DNA from: the human T2T-CHM13v2.0 reference genome, Homo sapiens
Direction: 5' to 3'
DNA: 64,000 bases
Assembly (NCBI GenBank): GCA_009914755.4
Contig: CP086569.2
Location: forward strand, 21,216,001-21,280,000
Shown here: piece by piece, positions 1 to 13,055 of the stretch
How positions within the stretch are numbered: the stretch's first letter is position 1
Layout: each line of letters opens with the position of its first letter
Made by a program: the position numbers and the translations under genes
Notes under the pieces: generated by a model
Told to the model about the DNA's origin: nothing
The model's database searches: none
Seen by the model: the letters and a program-made list of their open reading frames with translations, nothing else

Positions 1-3000
1 TATTGGTGAGTGTTACAGCACTTAAAGTTGTTATGTCCAGAGTCTGTTTCTTCAGATGTGTCCAGAGATTCTTCCTTCTGGCAGTTTCCTGGTCTTCCTC
101 ACTTCAAGAATGAAGCTGCAGACTTTACTGGTGAGTGTTACAGCACATAAAGTTGTTATGTCCAGAGTTTGTTCCTTCAGATGTGTCCAGAGTGTCTTCC
201 TTCGGGCATGTTCATGGTCTTGCTCACTTCACTAATGAAGCTGCAGACCTTACTGGTGAGGGTTACAGCACTTAAAGGTGTTATGTCCAGAGTTTGTTCC
301 TTCAGATGTGTCCAGGGTTTCTGTCTTCTGGCAGGTTCATGGTCTTGCTCAATTCAAGAATGAAGCTGCCGAAATTAGTGGTGAGTGTTACAGCACTTAA
401 AGGTGTTATGTCCAGAGTTTTTTCCTTCAGATGTGTCCGGCGTTTCTTCCTTCTGGCAGGTTCATGGTCTTGCTCACTTCAAGAATGAAGCTGCAGACCT
501 TACTATTCAGTGTTAAAGCACTTAGAGGTGTTATATCCAGAGTTTGATCCTTCAGATGTGTCCAGAGTTTCTTCCTTCTTGCAGGTTCATGGTGTTGCTC
601 ACTTCAAGAATGAAGCTGCAGACCTTAGTGTTGAGTGTTACAGCACTTAAAGGTGTTATGTCCAGAGTTTGTTCCTTCAGATGTGTCCAGAGTTTATTCC
701 TTCTTGCAGGTTCGTGGTCTTGCTCACTTCCTTAATGAAGCTGCAGACCTTACCGGTGAGTGTTATAGCACTTAAAGGTGTTATGTCCAGAGTTTGTTCC
801 CTCAGATGTGTCCAGGGTTTCTGTCTTCTGGCAGGTTCATGGTCTTGCTCACTTCAAGAATGAAGCCGCCGACCTTAGTGGTGAGTGTTACACCATTTAA
901 AGGTGTTATGTCCAGACTTTGTTCCTTCAGATATGTCCGGAGATTCTTCCTTCTGGCAGGTTCTTTGTCTTGCTCATTGCAAGAATGAAACTGCAGACCT
1001 TAGTGGTGAGTGTTACAGCACTTAAAGGTGTTATGTCCAGAGTTTGTTCCTTCAGATGTGTCCAGAATGTCTTCCTTCTGGCAGCTTCATAGTCTTGCTC
1101 ACTTCACTAATGAAGCTGCAGACCTTACTGGTGAGTGTTACAGCACTTAAAGGTGTTATGTTCAGAGTTTGTTCCTTCAGATGTGTCCAGGGTTTCTGTC
1201 TTCTGGCAGGTTCATGTTCTTGCTCACTTCAAGAATGAAGCTGCAGACCTTAGTGGTGACTGTTACAGCACTTAAAGGTGTTATGTCCAGAGTTTTTTCC
1301 TTCAGATGTGTCCAGCGTTTCTTCCTTCTGGCAGGTTCATGGTCTTGCTCACTTCCAGAATGAAGCTGCAGACCTTACTGTTGAGTGTTAAGGCACTTAA
1401 AGGTGTTATCTACAGAGTTTGTTCCTTCAGATGTGTCCAGACTTTCTTCCTTCTGGCAGGTTCATGGTCTTGCTCACTTCAAGAATGAAGCTGCAGACCT
1501 TACTATTCAGTGTTAAAGCACTTAAAGGTGTTATATCCAGAGTTTGATCCGTCAGATGTGTCCAGCGCTTCTTCCTTCTGGCAGGTTCATGGTCTTGCAC
1601 ACTTCAAGAATGAAGCTGCAGAGCTTACTGTTGAGTTTTAAAGCACTTAAAGTTGTTATGTCCAGAGTTTGCTCCTTCAGATGTGTCCAGAGGTTCTTCC
1701 TTCTGGCAGGTTCATGGTGTTGCTCACTTCAAAAATGAAGCTGCAGACCTTAGTGGTGAGTGTTACAGCACTTAAAGGTGTTATGTCCTGAGTTTGTTCC
1801 TTCAGATGTGTCCAGAGTTTCTTCCTTCTTGCAGGTTCGTGGTCTTGCTCACTTCCTTAATGAAGCTTCAGACCTTACTGGTGAGTGTTACAGCACTTAA
1901 AGGTGTTATGTCCAGAGTTTGTTCCTCCAGATGTGTCCAGAGTGTCTTCCTTCTGGCAGGTTCATGTTCTTGTTCACTTCACTAATGAAGCTGCAAACCT
2001 TACTGGTGAGTGTTACAGCACTTAAAGGTGTTATGTCCAGAGTTTGTTCCTTCAGATGTGTCCAGGGTTTCTGTCTTCTGGCAGGTTCATGGTGTTGCTC
2101 ACTTCAAGAATGAAGCTGCAGTCCTTAGTGTTGAGTGTTACAGCACTTAAAGGTGTTATGTCCAGAGTTTGTTCCTTCAGATGTTTCCAGAGTTTCTTCC
2201 TTCTTGCAGGTTCGTGGTCTTGCTCACTTCCTTAATGAAGCTGCAGACCTTACTGGTGAGTGTTACAGCACTTAAAGATTTTAGGTCCAGAGTTTGTTCC
2301 TTCAGATGTGTCCAGTGTTTCTTCCTTCTGGCAGGTTCATGGTCTTGCTCACTTCAAGAATGAAGCTGCAGACTTTTGTGGTGAGTGTTACAGCAGTTAA
2401 AGTTGTTATGTCCAGAATTTTTTCCTTCAGATGTGTCCAGTGTTTCTTCCTTCTGGCAGGTTCATGGTCTTGCTCACTTCAAGAATGAAGCTGCAGGCCT
2501 TACTGGTGAGTGTTACAGCACTTAAAGCTGATATGTCCAGAGTTTGTTCCTTCAGATGTTTCCAGAGTTTCTTCCTTCTAGCAGGTTCGTGGTCTTGCTC
2601 ACTTCTTTAATGAAGCTGCAGACCTTACTTGTGAGTGTTACAGCACTTAAATGTGTTATGTCCAGAGTTTGTTTCTTCAGATGTGTCCAGAGTTTCTTCT
2701 TTCTGGGAGTTTCGTGGTCTTCCTCACTTCAAGAATGAAGCTGCAGACCTTACTGGTGAGTGTTACAGCACTTAAAGGTGTTATGTCCAGAGTTTGTTCC
2801 TTCAGATGTGTCCAGGGTTTCTGTCTTCTGGCAGGTTCATGGTGTTGCTCACTTCAAGAATGAAGCTACCGACCTTAGTGGTGAGTTTTACAGCACTTAA
2901 AGGTGTTATGCCCAGAGTTTTTTCCTTCAGATATGTCCAGCGTTTCTTCCTTCTGGCAGGTTCATGGTCTTGCTCATTTCAAGAATGAAGCTGCAGACTT

Positions 3001-6000
3001 TTACGGTGAGTGTTACAGCACTTAAAGTTGTTTTGTCCAGAGTTTGTTGCTTCAGATGTGTCCAGAGTTTCTTTCTTCTGGCAGGTTCATGGTCTTGCTC
3101 ACTTCAAGAATGAAGCTGCAGACCTTACTGGTGAGTGTTACAGCACTTAAAGCTGTTATGTCCAGAGTTTGTTCCTTCAGATGTTTCCAGAGTTTCTTCC
3201 TTCTGGCAGGTTCGTGGTCTTGCTCACTTCTTTAATGAAGCTGCACACATTAATGGTGAGTGTTACAGCACTTAAAGTTGTTATGTCCAGAGTTTTTTTC
3301 TTCAGATGTGTCCAGAGATTCTTCCTTCTGGCAGTTTCCTGGTCTTCCTCACTTCAAGAATGAAGCTGCAGACTTTACTGGTGAGTGTTACAGCACTTAA
3401 AGTTGTTATGTCCAGAGTTTGTTCCTTCAGATGTGTCCAGAGTGTCTTCATTCTGGCATGTTCACGGTCTTGCTCACTTCACTAATGAAGCTGCAGACCT
3501 TACTGGTGAGGGTTACAGCACTTAAAGGTGTTATGTCCAGAGTTTGTTCCTTCAGATGTGTCCAGGGTTTCTGTCTTCTGGCAGGTTCATGGTCTTGCTC
3601 AATTCAAGAATGAAGCTGCCGAAATTAGTGGTGAGTGTTACAGCACTTAAAGTTGTTATGTCCAGAGTTTTTTCCTTCAGATGTGTCCGACGTTTCTTCC
3701 TTCTGGCATGTTCATGGTCTTGCTCACTTCAAGAATGAAGCTGCAGACCTTACTATTCAGTGTTAAAGCACTTAGAGGTGTTATATCCAGAGTTTGATCC
3801 TTCAGATGTGTCCAGAGTTTCTTCCTTCTTGCAGGTTCATGGTGTTGCTCACTTCCTTAATGAAGCTGCAGACCTTACCGGTGAGTGTTATAGCACTTAA
3901 AGGTGTTATGTCCAGAGTTCGTTCCCTCAGATGTGTCCAGGGTTTGTGTCTTCTGGCAGGTTCATGGTCTTGCTCACTTCAAGAATGAAGCTGCCGACCT
4001 TAGTGGTGAGTGTTACAGCATTTAAAGTTGTTATGTCCAGACTTTGTTCCTTCAGATATGTCCGGAGTTTCTTCCTTCTGGCAGGTTCATTGTCTTGCTC
4101 ATTTCAAGAATGAAACTGCAGACCTTAGTGGTGAGTGTTACAGCACTTAAAGGTGTTATGTCCAGAGTTTGTTCCTTCTGATGTGTCCAGAGTGTCTTCC
4201 TTCTGGCAGCTTCATGGTCTTGCTCACTTCACTAATGAAGCTGCAGACCTTACTGGTGAGTGTTACAGCACTTAAAGGTGTTATGTCCAGAGTTTGTTCC
4301 TTCTGATGTGTCCAGGGTTTCTGTCTTCTGGCAAGTTCATGTTCTTGCTCACTTCAAGAATGAAGCTGCAGACCTTAGTGGTGACTGTTACAGCACTTAA
4401 AAGTGTTATGTCCAGAGTTTTTCCTTCAGATGTGTCCAGCGTTTCTTCCTTCTGGCAGGTTCATGGTCTTGCTCACTTCAAGAATGAAGCTGCAGACCTT
4501 ACTATTCAGTGTTAAAGCACTTAAAGGTGTTATATCCAGAGTTTGATCCTTCAGATGTGTCCAGAGTTTCTTCCTTCTTGCAGTTTCATGGTGTTGCTCA
4601 CTTCAAGAATGAAGCTGCAGACCTTAGTGTTGAGTGTTACAGCACTTAAAGGTGTTAGGTCCAGAGTTTGTTCCTTCAGATGTGTCCAGAGTTTATTCCT
4701 TCTTGCAGGTTCTTGGTCTTGCTCACTTCCTTAATGAAGCTGCAGACCTTACCGGTGAGTGTTGCAGCACTTAAAGGTGTTATGTCCAGAGTTTGTTCCT
4801 TCAGATGTGTCCAGGGTTTCTGTCTTCTGGCAGTTTCATGGTCTTGCTCACTTCAAGAATGAAGCTGCCGACCTTAGTGGTGAGTGTTACCGCATTTAAA
4901 GGTGTTATGTCCAGACTTTGTTCCTTCAGATATGTCCGGAGTTTCTTCCTTCTGGCAGGTTCATTGTCTTTCTCATTTCAAGAATGAAACTGCAGACCTT
5001 AGTGTTGAGTGTTTCATCACTTAAAGGTGTTATGTCCAGAGTTTGTTCCTTCAGATGTGTCCAGAGTTTCTTCCTTCTTGCAGGTTCGTGGTCTTGCTCA
5101 CTTCCTTAATGAAGCTGCAGACCTTACCGGTGAGTGTTACAGCACTTAAAGGTGTTATGTCCAGAGTTTGTTCCTTCATATGTGTCCAGTGTTTCTTCCT
5201 TCTGGCAGGTTCATGGTCTTGCTCACTTCAAGAATGAAGCTGCAGACTTTTGTGGTGAGTGTTACAGCAGTTAAAGTTGTTATGTCCAGAATTTGTTCCT
5301 TCAGATGTGTCCAGTGTTTCTTCCTTCTGGCAGGTTGATTGTCTTGCTCACTTCAAGAATGAAGCTGCAGACCTTACTGGTGAGTGTTACAGCACTTAAA
5401 GCTGTTATGTCCAGAGTTTGTTCCTTCAGATGTTTCCAGAGTTTCTTCCTTCTGGCAGGTTCGTGATCTTGCTCACTTCTTTAATGAAGCTGCAGACCTT
5501 ACTGGTGAGTGTTACAGCACTTAAAGGTGTTATGTCCAGAGTTTGTTTCTTCAGATGTTTCCAGAGTTTCTTCTTTCTGGCAGTTTCTTGGTCTTCCTCA
5601 CTTCAAGAATGAAGCTGCAGACATTACTGGTGAGTGTTACAGCACTTAAAGGTGTTATGTCCAGAGTTTGTTCCGTCAGATGTGTCCAGAGTGTCTTCCT
5701 TCTGGCAGGTTCATGGTCTTGCTCACTTCACTAATGAAGCTGCAGACCTTACTGGGGAGTGTTACAGTACTTAAAGGTGTTTTGTCCAGAGTTTGTTCCT
5801 TGAGATGTGTCCAGAGTTTCTTCCTTCTAGCAGGTTCATTGTCTTGCTCATTTCAAGAATTAAGCTGCAGACCTTAGTGGTGAGTGTTACACCACTTAAA
5901 GTTGTTATGTCCAGAGTTTGTTCCTTCTCGTGTTTCCAGAGTTTCTTCCTTCTGGCAGGTTCGTGGTCTTGCTCACTTCTTTAATGAAGCTGCAGACCTT

Positions 6001-9000
6001 ACTGGTGAGTGTTACAGCACTTAAAGGTGTTATGTCCAGAGTTTGTTTCTTCAGATGTGTCCAGAGTTTCTTCCTTCTGGCAGTTTCGTGGTCTTCCTCA
6101 CTTCAAGAATGAAGCTGCAGACCTTACTGGTGAGTGTTACAGCACTTATAGTTGTTATGTCCAGAGTTTGTTCCTTCGGATGTGTCCAGAGTGTCTTCCT
6201 TCTGGCAGGTTCATGGTCTTCCTCACTTCACTAATGAAGCTGCAGACCTTACTGGTGAGTGTTACAGCACTTAAAGGTGTTATGTCCAGAGTTTGTTCCT
6301 TCAGATGTGTCCAGGGTTTCTGTCTTCTGGCAGGTTCATGGTCTTGCTCACTTCAAGAATGAAGCTGCCGACCTTAGTGGTGAGTGTTACAGCACTTAAA
6401 GGTGTTATGTCCAGAGTTTTTTCCTTCAGATATGTCCAGCGTTTCTTCCTTGTGGCAGGTTCATGGTCTTGCTCACTTCAAGAATGAAGCTGCAGACCTT
6501 ACTGTTGAGTGTTAAAGCACTTAAAGGTGTTATATCCAGAGTTTGTTCCTTCAGATGTGTCCAGAGTTTCTTCCTTCTGGCAGGTTCATGGTGTTGCTCA
6601 CTTCAAGAATGAAGCTGCAGACCTTAGTGTTGAGTGTTACAGCACTTACAGGTGTTGTGTCCAGAGTTTGTTCCTTCAGATGTGTCTAGAGTTTCTTCCT
6701 TCTTTCAGGTTCGTGGTCTTGCTCACTTCCTTAATGAAGCTGCAGACCTTACCGGTGAGTGTTACAGCACTTAAAGGTGTTATGTCCAGAGTTTGTTCCT
6801 TCAGATGTGTCCAGTGTTTCTTCCTTCTGGCAGGTTCATGGTCTTGCTCACTTCAAGAATGAAGCTGCAGACCTTACTGGTGAGTGTTACAGCACTTAAA
6901 GCTGTTATGTCCAGAGTTTGTTCCTTCGGATGTTTCCAGAGTTTCTTCCTTCTGGCAGGTTCGTGGTCTTGCTCACTTCTTTAATGAAGCTGCAGACCTT
7001 AATGGTGAGTGTTACAGCACTTAAAGGTGTTATGTCCAGAGTTTGTTTCTTCAGATGTGTCCAGAGTTTCTTCTTTCTGGCAGTTTCGTGGTCTTCCTCA
7101 CTTCAAGAATGAAGCTGCAGACATTACTGGTGAGTGTTACAGCACTTAAATGTGTTATGTCCAGAGTTTGTTCCCTCAGATGTGTCCAGAGTGTCTTCCT
7201 TCTGGCAGGTTCATGGTCTTGCTCACTTCACTAATGAAGCTGCAGGCCTTACTGGGGAGTGTTACAGTACTTAAAGGTGTTTTGTCCAGAGTTTGTTCCT
7301 TCAGATGTGTCCAGAGTTTCTTCCTTCTAGCAGGTTCATTGTCTTGCTCATTTCAAGAATTATGCTGCAGACCTTAGTTCTGAGTGTTATAGCACTTAAA
7401 GGTGTTATGTCCAGAGTTTGTTCCTTCAGATGTGTCCAGAGTTTCTTCCTTCTGGCAGGTTCATGGTGTTGCTCACTTCAAGAATGAAGCTGCAGACCTT
7501 ACTGGTGAGTGTTACAGCACTTAAAGCTGTTATGTCCAGAGTTTGTTCCTTCAGGTATTTCCAGAGTTTCTTCCTTCTGGCAGGTTCGTGGTCTTCCTCA
7601 CTTCTTTAATGAAGCTGCCGACCTTACTGGTGAGTGTTACAGCACTTAAAGGTGTTATGTCCAGAGTTTGTTTCTTCAGATGTGTCCAGAGTTTCTTCCT
7701 TCTGGCAGTTTCGTGGTCTTCCTCACTTCAAGAATGAAGCTGCAGACCTTACTGGTGAGTGTTACAGCACTTAAAGTTGTTATGTCCACAGTTTGTTCCT
7801 TCGGATGTGTCCAGAGTGTCTTCCTTCTGGCAGGTTCATGGTCTTGCTCACTTCACTAATGAAGCTGCAGACCTTACTGGTGAGTGTTACAGCACTTAAA
7901 GGTGTTATGTCCAGAGTTTGTTCCTTCAGATGTGTCCAGGGTTTCTGTCTTCTGGCATGTTCATGGTCTTGCTCACTTCAAGAATGAAGCTGCCGACCTT
8001 AGTGGTGAGTGTTACAGCACTTAAAGGTGTTATGTCCAGAGTTTTTTCCTTCAGATATGTCCAGCGTTTCTTCCTTCTGGCAGATTCATGGTCTTGCTCA
8101 CTTCAAGAATGAAGCTGCAGACCTTACTGTTGAGTGTTAAAGCACTTAAAGGTGTTATATCCAGAGTTTGTTCCTTCGGATGTGTCCAGAGTTTCTTCCT
8201 TCTGGCAGGTTCATGGTGTTACTCACTTCAAGAATGAAGCTGCAGACCTTAGTGTTGAGTGTTACAGCACTTAAAGGTGTTATGTCCAGAGTTTGTTCCT
8301 TCAGATGTGTCCAGAGTTTCTTCCTTCTTGCAGGTTCGTGGTCTTGCTCACTTCCTTAATGAAGCTGCAGACCTTACCGGTGAGTGTTACAGCACTTAAA
8401 GGTGTTATGTCCAGAGGTTGTTCCTTCAGATGTGTCCAGTGTTTCTTCCTTCTGGCAGGTTCATGGTCTTGCTCACTTCAAGAATGAAGCTGCAGACTTT
8501 TGTGGTGAGTGTTACAGCAGTTAAAGTTGTTATGTCCAGAATTTGTTCCTTCAGATGTGTCCAGTCTTTCTTCCTTCTGGCAGGTTCATGGTCTTGCTCA
8601 CTTCAAGAATGAAGCTGCAGACCTTACTGGTGAGTGTTACAGCACTTAAAACTGTTATGTCCAGAGTTTGTTCCTTCAGATGTTTCCAGAGTTTCTTCCT
8701 TCTGGCAGGTTCGTGGTCTTGCTCACTTCTTTAATGAAGCTGCAGACCTTACTGGTGAGTGTTACAGCACTTAAAGGTGTTATGTCCAGAGTTTGTTTTT
8801 TCAGATGTGTCCAGAGTTTCTTCTTTCTGGCAGTTTCGTGGTCTTCCTCACTTCAAGAATGAAGCTGCAGACATTACTGGTGAGTGTTACAGCACTTAAA
8901 GGTGTTATGTCCAGAGTTTGTTCCCTCAGATGTGTCCAGAGTGTCTTCCTTCTGGCAGGTTCATGGTCTTGCTCACTTCACTAATGAAGCTGCAGACCTT

Positions 9001-10262
9001 ACTGGGGAGTGTTACAGTACTTAAAGGTGTTATGTCCAGAGTTTGTTCCTTCAGATGCGTCCAGAGTTTCTTCCTTCTGGCAGGTTCATGGTGTTGCTCA
9101 CTTCAAGAATGAAGCTGCAGACCTTACTGGTGAGTGTTACAGCACTTAAAGGTGTTATGTCCAGAGTTTGTTCCTTCAGGTTTTTCCAGAGTTTCTTCCT
9201 TCTGGCAGGTTCGTGGTCTTGCTCACTTCTTTAATGAAGCTGCAGACCTTACTGGTGAGTGTTACAGCACTTAAAGGTGTTATGTCCAGCGTTTGTTCCT
9301 TCAGATGTGTCAAGAGTTTCTTCCTTCTGGCAGTTTCGTGGTCTTCCTCACTTCAAGAATGAAGCTGCAGACCTTACTGGTGAGTGTTACAGCACTTAAA
9401 GGTGTTATGTCCAGAGTTTGTTCCTTCAGATATGTCCAGAGTGTCTTCCTTCTGGCAGGTTCATGGTCTTGCTCACTTCACTAATGAAGGTGCAGACCTT
9501 ACTGGTGAGTGTTACAGCACTTAACGGTGTTATGTCCAGAGTTTTTTCCTTCAGATGTCTCCAGAGTTTCTTCCTTCTGGCAGGTTCGTGGTCTTGCTCA
9601 CTTCAAGAATGATGCTGCAGACCTTAGTGGTGAGTGTTTCAACACTAAAAGGTGTTATGTCCAGAGTTTGTTCCTTCAGAAGTATCCAGGGTTTCTTCCT
9701 TCTGGCAGGTTCATGGTCTTGCTCACTTTAAGAATGAAGCTGCAGACCTTACTGGTGAGTGTTATAGCACTTAAAGTTGTTATGTCCAGAGTTTGTTCCT
9801 TCAGATGTGTCCAGAGTTTCTTCCTTCTGGCAGGTTCATGGTCTTGTTCACTTCAAGAATGAAGCTGCAGACCTTAGTGGTGAGTGTTACAGCACTTAAA
9901 GGTGTTATGTCCAGAGTTTGTTCCTTCAGATGTGTCCAGAATTTCTTCCTTCTGGAAGGTTCGTGGTCTTAGCTCACCTCCTTAATGAAGCTGCAGACCT
10001 TACTCGTGAGTGTTACAGCAGTTAAAGGTGTTATGTCCAGAGTTTGTTTCTGCAGATGTGTCCAGAGTTTCTTCCTTCTGGCAGGTTCATGGTCTTTCTC
10101 ACTTCAAGAATGAAGCTGCAGACCTTACTGGTGAGTGTTGCAGCACTTAAATGTGTTATGTCCAGGGTTTGTTCCTTCATATGTGTCCATAGTTTCTTCC
10201 TTCTGGCTGGTTCATGGTCTTGCTCACTTCAAGAATGAAGCTGCAGACCTTAGTGGTGAGTG
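1..10262. repeat. Tandem satellite array of about 82 head-to-tail copies of a 125-bp unit with nested higher-order repeat blocks. Approximate unit consensus: tggtgagtgttacagcacttaaaggtgttatgtccagagtttgttccttcagatgtgtccagagtttcttccttctggcaggttcatggtcttgctcacttcaagaatgaagctgcagaccttac. LTR12 (HERV9 LTR)-derived; candidate DYZ19-type 125-bp satellite.
   Basis: Strict 125-bp periodicity is visible directly, and six-frame ORF starts recur every 125 bp (169, 294, 544, 669, 794 and so on). Blocks repeat with 98-99% identity at offsets of 3250 bp (169-600 vs 3419-3850), about 4000 bp (544 vs 4543), 1500 bp (5418 vs 6918) and 1750 bp (6918 vs 8668). Unit variants differ in the caagaatgaag / cactaatgaag / ccttaatgaag / ctttaatgaag segment. 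One PstI site (ctgcag) occurs per unit. The unit matches the tandem region of LTR12-family LTRs with cg to tg/ca decay, from memory and not searched. Confidence 0.9.
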
Positions 10263-10299
10263 TCTGCTAAAAACAATGTAAAAATATGTGTCTGCTAAA

Positions 10300-10960
10300 A
10301 ACAGTTTAAAAGTGTTCCTCTTTCTCCACAGCCTTGCCAGCATCAGTTGTTTCCTGACCTTTTAATAATCTCCACTATGACTGGTGTGAGATGATCTCTC
10401 ATCGTCGTTTTGATTTGCATTTCTCTGATGGTTGGTGATGTTGGGCTTTTTTCCATATGTTTGTTGGCTGCACAAATGTCTTATTTTAAGAAGTGTCTGT
10501 TTATATCCTTTGCTCACTTTTTAGTGGGTTTGTTTTTTTTTATTTTTGTAAATATGTTATTTTCCTTGTAAATTCTGGATATTAGACCTCTCTCAGATGG
10601 GTAAATTGCAACAATTTTCTCCCATTCTGTAGGTAGCCTGTTCACTCTAATAATAGTTTTGCTGTGCAGAAGCTTTTTTCTTTAATTAGATTCCATTCTT
10701 CAATTTTGGCTTCTGTTGCAATTCCATATGGTATTAGGTCTTCTGATTCTCCGCTAGTTTGGTAAGGATAATTGCCTACAGCTCCCTAGAGGCAATTATC
10801 TCAATTTTCTCAAAGGACATTATCTCCTTTTTTTATGTTTGCATATTATTCTGCAGAAAATTTGTTATCACAGTTTCTTCATCTATTCTATCATCAATGG
10901 TCCTTTAGGTTGATTCAATGTATTTGTTATTGCAAAACAAAAAAAATTGTATTTCACCTT
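10300..10960 (-). mobile_element. L1 fragment (ORF2 C-terminal region, antisense) directly abutting the satellite edge
   Basis: The antisense L1 signature ccagcatcagttgtttcctgaccttttaataatc...gtgtgagatgatctctcatcgtcgttttgatttgcatttctctgatgg...ctgtttatatcctttgctcactttttag is recognisable as the reverse complement of the L1 ORF2 end. Confidence 0.75.
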
Positions 10961-12539
10961 ACTAAGCTTCATAAATAAAAGTCTAAGAAAAAGTAAATTA
11001 TTTTCAGACAAGCAAGCACTAAGGGTTCTTGCTACAATCAGACCACCCTTACAAAAGTTATTTAAGGCGTGCTAAGCATGGAAACAAAACATAAAAACCT
11101 AACACTTTGAGAATACTATTATGCACATAGCCCACGAACTATGTAAAACATTATATAAGCAAGTCTACAAGACAAACTGCCAACAACATGAGGACAGAAT
11201 CAAAAGCTTATACATGAATATACATCCTGAATGTTAATTATCTAGATGTTCTCATTTAGAGGCATATTGTGGCAATCTGGACAAAAAGACAAAACTCGGC
11301 TGTCTGCAGTCTTCAGGAGATAAATCTTACATGAAATAAAACCCACAGGCTCAAATGAAAGAGATGGAGAAATGTATATCAGCTAAAGGGAAAATAGAAA
11401 AGAGTGGGGGGTCTCTGTTATGTCAGATGAAGCAGATTTTAAACAAATAACAATCAGGAAGGACACAGAAGAGTAGTACTGAATGATAACAGGTTCAATT
11501 TTTTTTAAAAAGCCTTAACTATACTAAATATTCATTTTCTCAACAAAGTAGCACTTAGATTCACAAAACAAGTTCTTCTTAATCTACGACAAGACTTATA
11601 CAGTCACACAATAATTGTAGAGAAATTTAATATTCCACAGACAGTGTTACATTGCTCATCAAGGCAAAACACTATTAAAGAAATTCTGTACTTAAATTTG
11701 ACACTTGAAAAATATGACCTAATAGTCACCAGTAGATTAGTCACCCAATCACTATAGAATATACATTCTTCTCATCTGCACATATAACTTGTTTTAGGGC
11801 TGACCAGGTTCTCAGCCATAAAGCAAGTATAAATAAATTTTAAAAAATGAAATTGTGCCAAGCACTCTTGGAACATAGTGCAATAAAAATAAAATAAATA
11901 CAAATACATATCTTAAAACTACACAAAAACATGCAAATTTAAAAATATGCTTCTCAATAACTATTGAGTAAACAATAATATGGACAGAAATGGAAACGAA
12001 TCTCTGAAATTAATAAATATAGAGACACAACTTACCAAAACTTTGGGGATGCAACTAAAACAGTTTTAAGAGAAACATTTATAGTACTAAATATGTCAAA
12101 TCAACAACCTAACATCACAATGAGAGGAACTAGAAAACAATAACAATCTCACCCCAAAGCTATTAGAATTTTAAAAAAAACTAAAATTGAAGAATTGAAC
12201 AAAACTGAGACCCAAAAACTCACACAGAAAATTAATAAAACTGTGTTTTATTATTATTTAGAGAATTATTATTTAGAGAATAAGACTGATAGACTGTTAG
12301 ATACACTAAAAAATAAAAAAAATGAAGATCCAAATATGCACACAATCATAAATGACAAAGATCACATTAAGCCAATCCCACAGAAATAAAAAAGATCCTC
12401 AGAGGCTATTATTAGTACTTCTATAAAGAAAATTAGAAAATATAGAGGAAATGAATACATTCCTAGAAATACATAATGTCCCAAGATAGAAGCAGGAAAA
12501 AAGTGAAAACCTGAACAGACCAATAATAAATTTGGAAAC

Positions 12540-12720
12540 CAAATCAATAATAATAATAGTTATTGTTATTAATAATATATTATGTTAACATATAATAAAT
12601 TATTATACCTAATATATAGTAAATATAATATGTAATATTAATATAATATTAAAATAATATATTACATGTAATATATTATTGTTATATAATTAATATATAA
12701 TATCAATATAATAACAATAA
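12540..12720. repeat. AT-rich simple/low-complexity repeat (taataa / atataa motifs) inside the L1
   Basis: Direct inspection: ataataatagttattgttattaataatatattatgttaacatataataaattattatacctaatatatagtaaatataatatg... Confidence 0.7.
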
Positions 12721-12828
12721 AACTATGAACAAAAAGCACTGACCAGATTGATTCACAGCCAAATTCTTGATACCAATCCTATTGAAAGGTTTCCAAAAAA
12801 TTAAGGAAGAAAGAGTTTTTATAAATGC

Positions 12829-13055
12829 TTTCTTTTTTAAATTATTTTGTTTTTCTGAGATGGAGTCTGGCCCTGTCACCCAGAATGGAGTACAGTAGTG
12901 CGATCCTGGATCACTGTAACCTCTTACTCCCAGGTTCACGTGATTCTACTTGCCTCAGACACTTGAGTATCTGGGACTACAGGCGTGCACCACCATACCC
13001 AGCTAATTTTTGTATTTTTAGTAGAGACAGTTTTTACCATGATGGCTAGGCTAGT
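12829..13055 (-). mobile_element. Alu (S-type, 5'-truncated) inserted in the L1
   Basis: A reverse-complement Alu starts with its T-rich tail: tttcttttttaaattattttgtttttctgagatggagtctggccctgtcacccagaatggagtacagtagtgcgatc...cctcagacacttgagtatctgggactacaggcgtgcaccaccatacccagctaatttttgtatttttagtagagacag. Confidence 0.85.

Noticed and set aside
169-10238. About 80 plus-strand ORFs of 60-117 aa (MFLQMCPEFLPSGRFMVLLTSRMKLQTLLVSVTALKGVMSRVCSFRCVQ... and variants) recurring every 125 bp
   Set aside because: They are the same satellite unit read in frame. 125 is not a multiple of 3, so each ORF runs about 1.5 units and then hits a stop. There is no start or stop conservation, no codon-usage signal and no divergence pattern of a protein. 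The peptides only mirror the repeat. A tandemly repeated micro-gene family is not supported.
1-10262. Regular short repeats that could be taken for a CRISPR array
   Set aside because: There are no unique spacers between repeats. Units are contiguous 125-mers with about 10% divergence. The surrounding sequence is eukaryotic (Alu, L1). This is satellite DNA, not CRISPR.
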